A stretch of 62,391 bases of DNA from an uncultured Gammaproteobacteria bacterium (GTDB lineage: Bacteria; Patescibacteriota; Microgenomatia; UBA10105; UBA927): NCBI GenBank assembly GCA_964609895.1, contig CAZSTG010000006.1:423-62813 (forward strand), in the 5' to 3' direction. Under the pieces are notes generated by a model. It ran no database searches. It was not told the DNA's origin and worked only from the letters and a program-made list of their open reading frames with translations. Position 1 is the stretch's first letter. Every line of letters starts with the position of its first letter. A program made the position numbers and the translations under genes. Of this stretch, positions 48,101 to 60,100 are shown in pieces.

Positions 48101-51100
48101 GAAATGGGAAGCAAAGAAAACACTTATGGAGCAGGGAAACACACTGGGAGAAAAAATCCATGGAGTGCTGGAAGCATTCGGAAACAGGCAGGAATGGAGG
48201 ATATTGGCAGACAACACAGCAGATAGGCAGGCATGGAACACGCTCCGCGAGGCAACAGATGCTGTTGTTGCCGCATTAACCAGTCTGCAGCAGGAGGCAA
48301 ACAATGCAAAGCTGGACGATCTGAGTACCTTTATCAGTGAATCCATCGCAAAACTCCGCGCCTTTTCCGATCAGTCAACACACGAATCGGAACAACAGGA
48401 AGCGATTAATACAGGTGTCGGTGTAGTTGCGCGGCTGTGGATGGCAATTGATGAGAGAGTTGCATGGTATGCACAGGAAGCAGTGCGAGCGGAGAATGAA
48501 GTTATATTATATCGGGAATTACTGAAAGACGATGCGGGTGAAAAGAATACAGCAGATACAGAACGCCGTTCGGAGTTCCAGAAACTGGCGGAGAGCGCGA
48601 AGCTTAAAGCATTGGAAGCGGGAGTTGCGGCATACACTGCTGAGCAGGGCATCAAAACACTTCAGACTATACAGAATGTTATCAAAGCATATCTTGAAAC
48701 GAGCATTCCTATTGATGAAGTAAATGAACAACTGCGGAATACCGTGATAGAGGAACAGACACAGAAACTTCTCCCGGCGGTACTGAGCAGTATCGCTTCA
48801 CTGCAAAAGACGAATATCAACGGTATTGATGTTGCTGTTTTTCAGGCAACGACTTTGTCAGAGCTTGTGGAAGCCGAAAGACAGCTTACAGAAGCAAAAA
48901 CTGTTGTCGCAGCACTCAATCTGACGTCGCTTGATGAGCTTCTTGCCATAGTGGAAGACGATGTGGAAACACAAAAAGCGGCAATTGAAGAAATTAGGGT
49001 GAAAAAAGAACTTGCCGCGGCGCAGGAAGAGTTGGAAACTGCATTAAAACAGCTTATTTCTCAGGGAGAAGAGGGGGATCAGACGACGGTACTTGAAGAT
49101 GTGTCCGGCGTTGTAAAAAGTATCGCACCCGTTGTTTCCGCGGTAACAGATAACGCAATTACGACCATCACACATCTTGTTGAAGATGGCATTGTTGAGA
49201 CACCAGCGGTTAAAGCGAAAAAAACAAAACGAGCTGATGCAGTGAACAAAATAAAAACAACACCGGTCGTTGTTGCTACTGCGCCAAGTGTAGAACAAAT
49301 AGCGGCAGCGCAAACAGCGCTTGGGGCTTTGTTGCCGCTGAGGGAGCAAATAAATGCCATAGCAAATCGTATTTCCAATATTTCCGTGACAGAAATGCAG
49401 GATGTATTTTTTGAGCTTACAGCAGCAATACAAGCCGCAGATCAGGCAGATATGCCGAGTGAAGAAAAACAAAAACTGTTCCCTTCGTTTGATTTGATCC
49501 GGAATGAGATAGCGGCAATACAGGATCGACTGACAACGTTGGAACAGGAACAGCAGACGATTTTGTATGAAATGAATGATGCAGATTATACGTTATTTGC
49601 TTCTTCTCTAGTAAGTATCCTTCGTCAGTTGGATGTTGTTGAAGCACAGCGGCAGGAATTGGCAATCACAACGCCGAGTGTTGCACCGGTTGTTCCTATA
49701 CCGCAAATCGCAAGTCCGCTTCTGACAGCGCCTGATGCATCAGTGAAAACTGCTGACGAGCAGCGTGCGGAGGCGCAACAGATAGCTGACGCAGCAGCAA
49801 AACAACAAGCGGATACTGCCGCCGCACGGGCGAATGAAATTGCACAAAAAGTACAGCAAATTGCGGATGTTGAACGGCAGCAGGCAGAAACTGCTGCGCG
49901 GCAGTATCAGGATGCACTGACGACCACCCGAGAAACACAGGAAACAGCAGCGGCAAGATCAGAGGAAGAAAAGGATGCGCAGGCTGCGCGCGCTCAAGCA
50001 TTACAAGAAGAACAAAATATACCTGCGGTTATACAATTGTTGCCTGCTTGGAGCAGGTCAACGGCTGTAGCTGCGCAAAAATTGGCAGACACTATCGGAA
50101 CTGCGGTTGCAGCCCGTCAGCAGAACAATACGATGATTTCCGATATTACGGCGGGGAAATGGACAAAAGCATTGCAGACTCTGCTTCCAAAACTGACTCC
50201 TGCAACCGATGCATATACGAAAGCGCAGGAACTCCTTACGACGATTGCAGACATCCAGAAACTGCAACAGGAAGCGGCAAAGAAAAAAGAAAATGTGGAT
50301 ACACTTAGTGTTACAGGCTTACCACAGCAATTAGCAAAAAGTGCTGACTACCTTGCAGCTGATCAAGCGGTGCGGAAATATGGGATTGAGGAAGCTATGC
50401 GACGGGCATTGCTTCCAAAAACACATCCGGACGCTCTTTCAATTAACATGGGGGGCATTATGCAGATGTATGGGATTCAAACCATTGAAGAACAATTCCA
50501 GAATGCGATTAAACAAATTCCAGAAGCAGATGCACAATATGGCGGACCGTTTGAAATAGTATGGGATCAACTTTCCCAGTCTCCAGACGCGCTCCAGTTA
50601 AAGTTGGGCAACGGGACGATCATCAAGCCTTTGGCATATGGGGGAAACCGTGTTGTTTTTGAGCTTCCTAATGGATACATCATCAAAATTGAGGCACTGC
50701 GTCTCATAAATGGATTTTCAATGGTACAACAATGGAAGAGCTTTCCAACGAGCGCTGAAGCCCGCGTCTCTTACTATCGACCTCAATATCAGGATGATAC
50801 ACGTGTATATGCAAATAATGTTACCAATAATGCCTCAGAAATCGCATTCTATTACTCCCTTTCAGAGGAAGATCGGATTCGGTATGCAAAGCCACATGCA
50901 TTTGGCGGTACAGAAGGACAAAATCATTTCCAATACGTTATTTACAAAAAAGCGGATTTTCCATGGAAAAATGGAAACAACGAAGGCGCATTTGATTTCG
51001 TGAATTCACCAGATCAAGCAGTTTTCAATCAGGTAGGACAGGATCCATTCGTTTGGTTATCTACCGTATATAGACAAACCGGTGCGCCGGATATCCATAC

Positions 51101-54100
51101 GGGAAACGTCGGCGTGATCGATGGTCAACCGCAGATGTTGGATTTTCTGGATTGGTCATTGGCCAACTGGTATCTCTTCAGTAATGTGGATACAGCTGTA
51201 ATGGATCAGCTCCGGCAAGCTGACTCTTTTGCATTTGTTCCGGAAAGCAACCAATCGCTCGTGCTATATACAAAGGACGGGGTGTCGTATTTGACGACGT
51301 TGAAAAAGGATGGCGTTATTGTTGTGAATGAACAACCGCAAGCGAATCCAATGGTATTGTCAAAAACGGATAATCCTGAAATTTTTGTCGCACCAGGTGT
51401 GCGGTATTTCTATACGCAAGGGGCGTTCGTGAGAGCCAAGCAAACGGGTTATTTCTTCAAAGATTTAACGGAACATGACTATGTATATAAAAATAGCGAT
51501 TCCATTGTTTTGTCTGACGGGGAAATTGTGCGTGTTTTTATGGATCGTTTTGGTCAGGTTCAGGAGTTGTCGTTGCAAGAAGGGGATCCTGCTGCCATAT
51601 GGCGGTTGTCTAATTGGAAAATCCCTCTTGCTGACGGCAGGTATTTGTTGCGCATTTCATCTTTTGAATACATATTTGATCCAACAATGAATACAATAGC
51701 TCGTGTTCCCCTTACAGATACTGCGCAGGAATTTTTGGTGAAGAATGGGAAAGAGCGAATTATTTTCAGTGATGGATTTCGGGGAGTGGTGGATGCAACT
51801 CCGATGCCTGTTTCATCCACATTGGGAGGGAATGTATATAAAGTGCTCGATAATCAGGAAAATACCACCTATGTATTTATTTCCGATGATGCTCAACATG
51901 TAGAGCATCTATACACAGGCATTCAGTATGTTGCCGGTACCGAAAAAAATAAAACAATTCTTACAGTGCAAAACAATGAACTTGTCATAGTGCAACCATA
52001 TAACACGAAAGAAGGCATGGTGCTTGAGACAGGGCCACAATACTGGGTGCTGTATAGTCTAGACAAGGTAGCCCTGTTTACTTCGTTATTTTCCAGTTCC
52101 CCTATATATAGTCCTGCGTTGTTTCATTTAACGAACGGCGAAGCGTTGGTTATCACTGATCAAAAGGCTGTTCAGGGAACATTAACGTATGAGTCCGATA
52201 AATTGTATATTATAAAAACTGAAACAGATACGCTGCAATTCATTGCAGATGCAATTTGGTATACGGTAAATGGGAAACAATTTCAGGACGGGGAAATTAT
52301 TACGGTTCATCCAGGTGATTTTATTGAAAATCGCAGAGATGCATCCAACCCGATAGGATATGTACAAGCTGATGGAACAGTAGCAAAAACAACACCATCT
52401 GCTGCGGAAACGGAATCAACAAACAACACGGAACCTGCAGGTGTTGCTTCTCCGAATGAATCTATGCCAGAAACCCTTCGTCAACCATTGGATATTCAGC
52501 AGACAATTGCCGTCGTTCAGGCAGTTGTCAATGAATACAAAACAGCACATAAGGCGATTCCAGACCTCATCGCAGCAAGAAAAATCAATGAACTTGGGAT
52601 CATTTTGGCAAAACTGCATCCTGCAGGAGAGGTGGCGACAAGTATTGGTGACCTTATTACGACGATTCAGTCTATGCAGGAGCAAACAAAACGTATTGGG
52701 GGGATTATCGCCAAAGTCGATGAGGGATTGCAATATACATCCATTACAGATCCGACACATCCTGTGACAATTCCTTCCGGACAATTCCTTATTGTTCCCG
52801 TGGGGAAAACACAGAAGATTCTGTATAACAATTTTGGTTCACTTACGGAACCAGAATTTTATATAGGTGACGAAGGTGTCCTTTTTTGGTCCGGTTATGA
52901 GTATAAGTTCGTCGCTCAGGACAAAATGCAACTCAATGCTCCTTTTGAAGCAACTGCATTGTCGACACTATCAACGATTTTACATCTTACAGGAAAACGT
53001 AATTCCGTTTTGTTGCCCATCAACAATGGTTATGTCACAGATAAAGCAACGATGACATATGAAGATATAGTGCGGAATATACAATTATATAAAATTTCTG
53101 ACGGGGAATTATGGATTGATGGCGAGGGGATACAAGTTTTACACAATACCACAATGCAAGCGATACACGGGTTGACGTTGGTTGAGGCAGATGACTTGGT
53201 TTCAATTATTGGAAGTTTGGATTCAGGAGTGATTCAACAAGACGGGACGATCGTGTGGAAGACCAGTTCAAAACCAACAAGTCCGACGTCTTCACAAGCA
53301 CCACAAAGTTCATCTGAGACAAATCAGTCGGTTACCCCCGCGGTCACAGATGTAGTTGTGACCGAAGTGACATTGACAACCGTTGATGTACGACGAGGTG
53401 AAATATTTAAACAAGTAGCGCCGCTTACCACAATCACACAGGCGCAGGCGGATACATGGGTTACTGAACTGCAGAATTTGCAAAAATCCGTTCCCGAAAC
53501 AAATATTCTATATACGCGGCTGCAGGAAGTTATTGATTTCATCGGTAAAAAACCGATAGCGGTAGAACAGAAAAAAGAACCGGTTGTCGAGGTACAGCAG
53601 GAAACGCCGGAACAACAACTTGATAAAGCGGTTGCCAATCTTAAAGAGGTTGTTGATAACGGCGGATCGTTCATGAATACCATACGGGCGATAAACAACA
53701 CATTTGATGCTGCTCTGCATGTTACTGATCCGCAGGGAATTGGGGATCGGGTGTTTGCTATTATTCAAGGTTTATCAAAAGACAGTCTTGAGTTCTTGCA
53801 ACATAGTTTACAGGGGCGGTATTTGGAATTGAATGTTCCGAAGATGATCGATCGTATTAAGGAACTTCTGTCTCAACCGGCATCTGAACCGTCACCGGTC
53901 ACAACAGAAGAACAACGTCTATCGGTGGTGGATGTAGTGAGTTCACACATCAAAACTGTTCCCGCTGTTGTCAGGACTGCGGATATTCAAGATTGGATCC
54001 CTGTATACACCACATTATCGTCTATTTTGGATGGAGTAAAGCAATATTCGAAGAATTTTGATGTATATCATCTGGATCAATTTGATCTGCATGCAAATAC

Positions 54101-57100
54101 AGTTGGTAAAGAGAAAACACCGCAAAATCAAACAGTATTTTTTGAGAAAAACAAGGAACAGCTTTTGCAGCTTCTGAAGGAACAGGGGATTACGCGGCCG
54201 GAAGTAGGAAAACCGATAGACGGGATAACGCAAGAGGAGTTTGATACGGTGTTTTTCCCAGCGTTTGCAGAAAGCGTGTATCAGGTGTTGCAGCCGGCAT
54301 GGATGAACTGGTCCTTACGAGCGGTACAGAAAGAAACGATTGCACATCCGGAAAACTATATTGTGTCAGGTAATCCATATGCATATATCTCAAATCTGTT
54401 GAAATCCCGATATGCATGGGAACAACCGCCGCGAAATCAGATAAACAATGTCGTTATTTTTACCATTGAACAAGGAATTTGGCCGGCAAGCGATACGATC
54501 GGCCAGTCGCTTGAAACGGAGCCGCTTAAAGAGCGTATTCGAAAAAATGTTGAAGAAGATGGCTACACACTCCTTCGGTATCTTGGAGATGGTACAGATG
54601 GCTATGTATATCTGATGAAAAAAGGATCTCTCCTCTACGCTTTGAAAGTATTTAAGAAAAATGCTGGTGCTCAATATGAATCATCAGTATATAAACGATT
54701 GGTAGAAGCAGAAAAAAGTGGAGTATTGGGAAATGCAGATGAAACGTATCTTACGGAACTCCGTGCGGATACAGCAAATAATTACGCCATTATGCCGTTT
54801 GTGCCCAGTGATGCTGATGGGTTGAAAGACTTCTTTACTGTTGGAGAAATAGTAAAAATATCCCATCTTTCATACCTGTACGCACAGGAAAATCTGCTTT
54901 GGATGGACACAAAAAATGAAAATTATCGTTTCGGTCCGGCAGATGATTTACATATCATTGATTATGGTGGATTCAAATCATTTTCCGAAGCTACACAGCA
55001 AGACAAAGACGCGGAACGGGGATCATGGTTGACGTTTGTGGAGAAAAGTATCCGACAGGATATTCCCGAAAGTGATCGGCAGGTATATGACGCCTTATGG
55101 AAACAGGCGCTCAGTATGGGCACTGATGCCTCCGTGTTATCTAAAGCTGAGTTTGCAGATTCATTGACGAGCCCAATCTTCTCTAAATTACCGAAAGTTG
55201 TTCAGGTATTGCTGCTTCGGCAAGCAGGACTACTCAATGCTCCATTCGAGTGGTTTTCCAGAGACGGGTACAAAGACCGGCTTTTGGATATGCTGACGAT
55301 TGCAAAAGAACAGGGAGTTCCTCAATCGCAAATCCCGACGGCACTTCAAGGTCAATACACCGAAGATCTCAGTAAACGGTTGCCAAGTGATGACGTCATC
55401 ACACAGGCAGTGAAAAATTTTACAACTTCACTGCCCTCTATAACAGATCTACGGCAAAAACAGGCGGTGCTTGCACCGGTATTTACTGCAGTAATGTATG
55501 CACTCAATGTGGAAACAGAGAGCGGAAGAGGTTTATATTTTGCGCTACAACATAAACAACCGATGTTGCAACCGATTGTGCTAACGGATTACTCAGAAGC
55601 ATCAATGCAAGATATTGTTCAAAAAACAACCCCATATAGTTACTTAGGAAGGGAAACAGATCCTGCAAAACGGGAAGCATTTTTCTATGTAATTCAGTCC
55701 CTTGTTCAGCAGCTTGCCGCGATATATCCGCTACCGAACGGGAAAAATGACTTAACGCAGGATATCGGGTATATTCCTTGGATCTCTCATCTGTTGCTGA
55801 TCAGTGACGGTCTTCAGCCTAAATATTTTGGCATTGATGGTACAAGAATAACTACGGATGATATAAATAAAATAAGTTTGCAGACTGATACATCGATTGT
55901 GACGATGAATGCGGTGATTCAGGCAATGAATCCGTCGATTACTGCATGGGTGACTAAAATTCTGAGTCAATTTGCAAAACCGTCATATAGTGAGATTGAG
56001 CAAGTTGTGCAGCCGCTTGTTGATGAAATAATCGCAGCAAAAGGCTGGAAAATTCCTGCAGATCGTAGGTTGTTGTATGGGGTTGCTGTGGAACAGGTGA
56101 TGATAAATCTCGCTCAGTCATATAACATACAGGTTCCGTTATCTCCGGCACCCGATGATAAAAAACTCGCTGCACAGCAGTATGTCGAAACGGTGCAGAA
56201 AAAATATGCTGCCGATATCGCGGTGGAATTGTATCCGAAAACGGATGAAAAGACGTTGATAAAAGAACAGCAAGCCGTTTTTATTCAGCTACAAAATGTC
56301 ATTGGTGCGACTGAAGATATCACCCCTGTCGCGCAAGAGATTTTGCGTTTGATGGATAAGAAGCTTTATGATCCCTCTTATAACTCTGTGAGTCGTGGTG
56401 GATTTATCACCGCCTTGTTTAAGCAGATTAACAAGATTCAGGATATTGACCGTTTACGGGTGATTATTGCAGCACTGCAACCGATTGTGACAGAGTGGTC
56501 GGATTTGCCAGAGGTGCGAAATGCATTACAACGGCTTCCTGATATTACTATTCCACCGCAAGCGCCGAAGGAATTGGTTATCGATCAGATCGTTGCTTCA
56601 ATGAAACAATCAAACGTGTCGAATGAGCCAGTTGTTGAGAACCAGCCGGTTGTACAGGAAGTGAAAATGCCTGTTGCAACAGTTGAAGAAGTTGTTGAAA
56701 AACCACTCAAAACCACACTCGCCGAAACAATTACTCTCATGATGGCAAAACGGCTTCCTGCAGTGTGGAAGACGCTGTCGCAGACAAAACAGCAGGAGAT
56801 TGTGAGTGAGTTGCAGCAGATAGCATACGCTGCAATAGCAGATGCAGTGAATCAGTCATACGTGAGGGACATGATTGCAGGATCTCGGTCAAAAGCATTT
56901 GTCACAAACCGGTTCTCAGCCGTTTTTGAGGATTATCTCCAACAGGCATTGGTTGAAACCGGTACTATGACCGGTGAAATTCCGATTTCACTCCGGACAG
57001 ATTTGGCAACACTGGTCATTGATGAAATTACGCCGATGGTATCGGCAACCGTAACTATCCAAAAACCCGTTACGCAGAAGACAACACAACCGAAAACAGA

Positions 57101-60100
57101 AACCTCTTCAAAGAACGACACATTCAAGCAGACTATTGTAGCCCGTGTTCGTGAACAAATCGGCAATACGCTGGCGGCAAGCATCGTTGACCGGAATGAA
57201 GCGTCGCGAGTGTATGCGCTGCTTGATGCGCTTCAGGCAGAAGGAGGGGAGACTGGTGCGTATGTAAAAAAATACAAATCCACGCTTGCAACACAGATAA
57301 TAAGAGAACTGCTTCGGACACTCACGGTGGATCCGGAGGCTGTGCTGACATTTAATGGAACAGTGTATCAAAAACAATCAAAAGGTGCTCTTTCTGTATC
57401 AAATATTGTGTGGCAGCTTGATCCGGAACAAAAGACAATCGTGACAATTCATCACACAGACGGCGTTATTGATCAGGTGAGTATGAAGCCAAATGCCATA
57501 TCGCAAAAAACATTGCTTGCATATATGCGGCCGCTTGACAGCGCAGTGTTTACCACAGCATCCGGTGAAAAAATTGTCATCACCCTGACACGACAAGGAG
57601 GAAAGACCATGGACGGTGCGCTGGAAACGCCTGCACTGTGGCAGCAATACAGCACGTCTTCCACATATACTTCCATTGTCTCCGGTGCCACAGACGATGT
57701 ATCAGTCAATCGCGTGTCAGCAATGGCAATAGAAGTCGGGGATGATGCGGCATCATTGGTTGGTCCTGTCGTCAAAACGGTTGCCAATGCAGCACAAAAC
57801 CTGATCCAGAAAACGCCGCAGACATTCATCGCGGACATCCGCGCCATGCTTCCGCAGGATATTCCTTACGTGGTAAGAAAAGGAATTGCCGATATGCTGC
57901 AGCAGGAAATTGCTGAACAAAAAATTACCACATATGCCGATGCCATGTCTCATGTTGCCGCAGGGACGCTGTCTCCCAGTTCCGAGGCAATCCTCGGAAA
58001 TCTCGGATCGCTTTCTTCTAATGCAAAAGAATGGCATGATGCACTTCGGTTGGTCATCGCCAATATGCCTGAGTCGGCATGGGATCCGAATATCACGGTC
58101 GTGATGAGAAAAACCATGACTGCCATTCTTGCCGGAAAACTGACCGATGCGAAAGAAATCCATGAACTTCTGACACGGGAAGAAACTGCAGAACGAACTG
58201 TCAGGATGGCCACACTGATTCAGGCGATATTCCGTTCGTATGCTTCTGGTGTAAACGGGGTGACGCTTTCTGCAACGATGGCCAAACAAGCAGTGAATGC
58301 ACTGACACAACCTCTGTTGTCATACATCCGTCCATTGATTCAGACAAATGTATTGGATGTTACCGATATGCAGGCACTTACCGCGTTTATGGAATCGCAT
58401 CAGATCACCAGTGCAACCAGTCCCGAAATGATTATGGCGATGCGGGAAGCACAGGTTACCGCCGGCGGGGTGACGCCGTTCGAGTATCCCGCGCCGGTAC
58501 TGCGTCAGCAGGATGTGCATACCATGCTTACTGACGGGATGAACAGTGATATTCAGGCAAGACTCGAACAGGTATTGGCTGCGTATCATCAATCCTATGA
58601 CGGATGGGATAGTATCCAAACCCAAAAAGCGGAGCTGCACGACACCATGCTGCATGCAGTCCTGCAGGCAGCGTTTACCCATTACGACCAAATCTATGAG
58701 AAGAATGCATTGGTGGAACTGAATCCGAAGAAAATCAACAATTACCTTGCTATCTTCGCTGTATTGCAGCCGTTGTTTGAAGATGAATTTGCATCCATGA
58801 TGAACGGTATGCAGCAAGTAGGAACTGCTGTGGTGCAGGTGCAGGGGGAACATCCGGAGATAACAGGAAGAGATAATTTACTGGATGTGTTGCAGCAGCA
58901 ATCGGTATTTAAAACGCAATATACTCTGTTTTCACCGAAAGATATGACGTATATTGCTGAACTGTATATTGACGATGCATTCGTTCAGGCACCGATTACC
59001 ACTCAAGAAGCGGAGAATATGGTACAACGTCTGAAAAACGACGGCACACTGCAGGATGACATCCATTGGGCATTGGAGAATCAACTGAAACAGGCAGCAC
59101 AGGCAGAAAAAACAGCAGAATCGCTGCTTCTAGCAGATGGCTTGGTACAGCAAACAGTCCGTGCAGCGATCCTTTCCACTCTCCAAGAGTCATTGAGCGA
59201 TACTGGTGTTGGAGGAGTATTTCATCCGACGACTAAAAACTATCAAACTATTCAAAGCGTTGCGGATCAGGAAACAACAAAGGCAATGCAAGAACTCCGG
59301 GATCTATTGCAGGGGAATGACAATCAATATACAGGTCTTGTCGGAACTCTTGCGGAAGCAGTCCGGCAGGGGGAAGAAGAAACTCACGCATATGTATCGT
59401 GGAATCAGGTGAAGGAGTTTTTGGATAAACAAAACGTATTGAATCAACAGACTTCGTATTTTTCTTCGAAAAGCCTTCTCTATTTTGCACAAATTCTCTT
59501 TGAACCAAGCACACTGCAGGCAGATCTTGCAACAACCATCACCACCAAGCCGCAGGAACTTCCCAAAAAACTGCAAAAACTGTTTCACACGATCAGCGCA
59601 CAGGATGTTGTTCGACAAGAGGCCAATAAAAATGTAAAAACTGTATTGAAATTTGCGGGTGCATTGAGTGCACTTCTTGTCGGATTTGTGGTAACACATA
59701 TTCCTCTTGTTTTGTCGTTTATCGGTGCAGTATCCGTTGCGTTCCAACAACCGTCTTCTTCTGTTCCTCAAACACCCTCTGCTGTGATGGAGCAATACAA
59801 CCCGACGCAGACAGATACACAGACAGCAACTCAAACGGAGACACAGCCACCATCCACAACCGCAACCAAAGAAAATAATCCGATGTATCAGGCATATCAA
59901 CAAGCTGCTTCTGTTCAGGATTTTCTGTTTCGGCCGTTATTTGAACGGATTGTGAACGAACGGGCGGCGAGGGCTGCGGAAGAAGGGGATTCGTTCTGGT
60001 TCAGAATCACCGGCAAACACGAAGCTGAATTGACGAAAGCTGAAAAAGACGCAGTCATCCAAAATCCGGTGATTTCCATGGTGTTGTTTGTTTCCGACGG

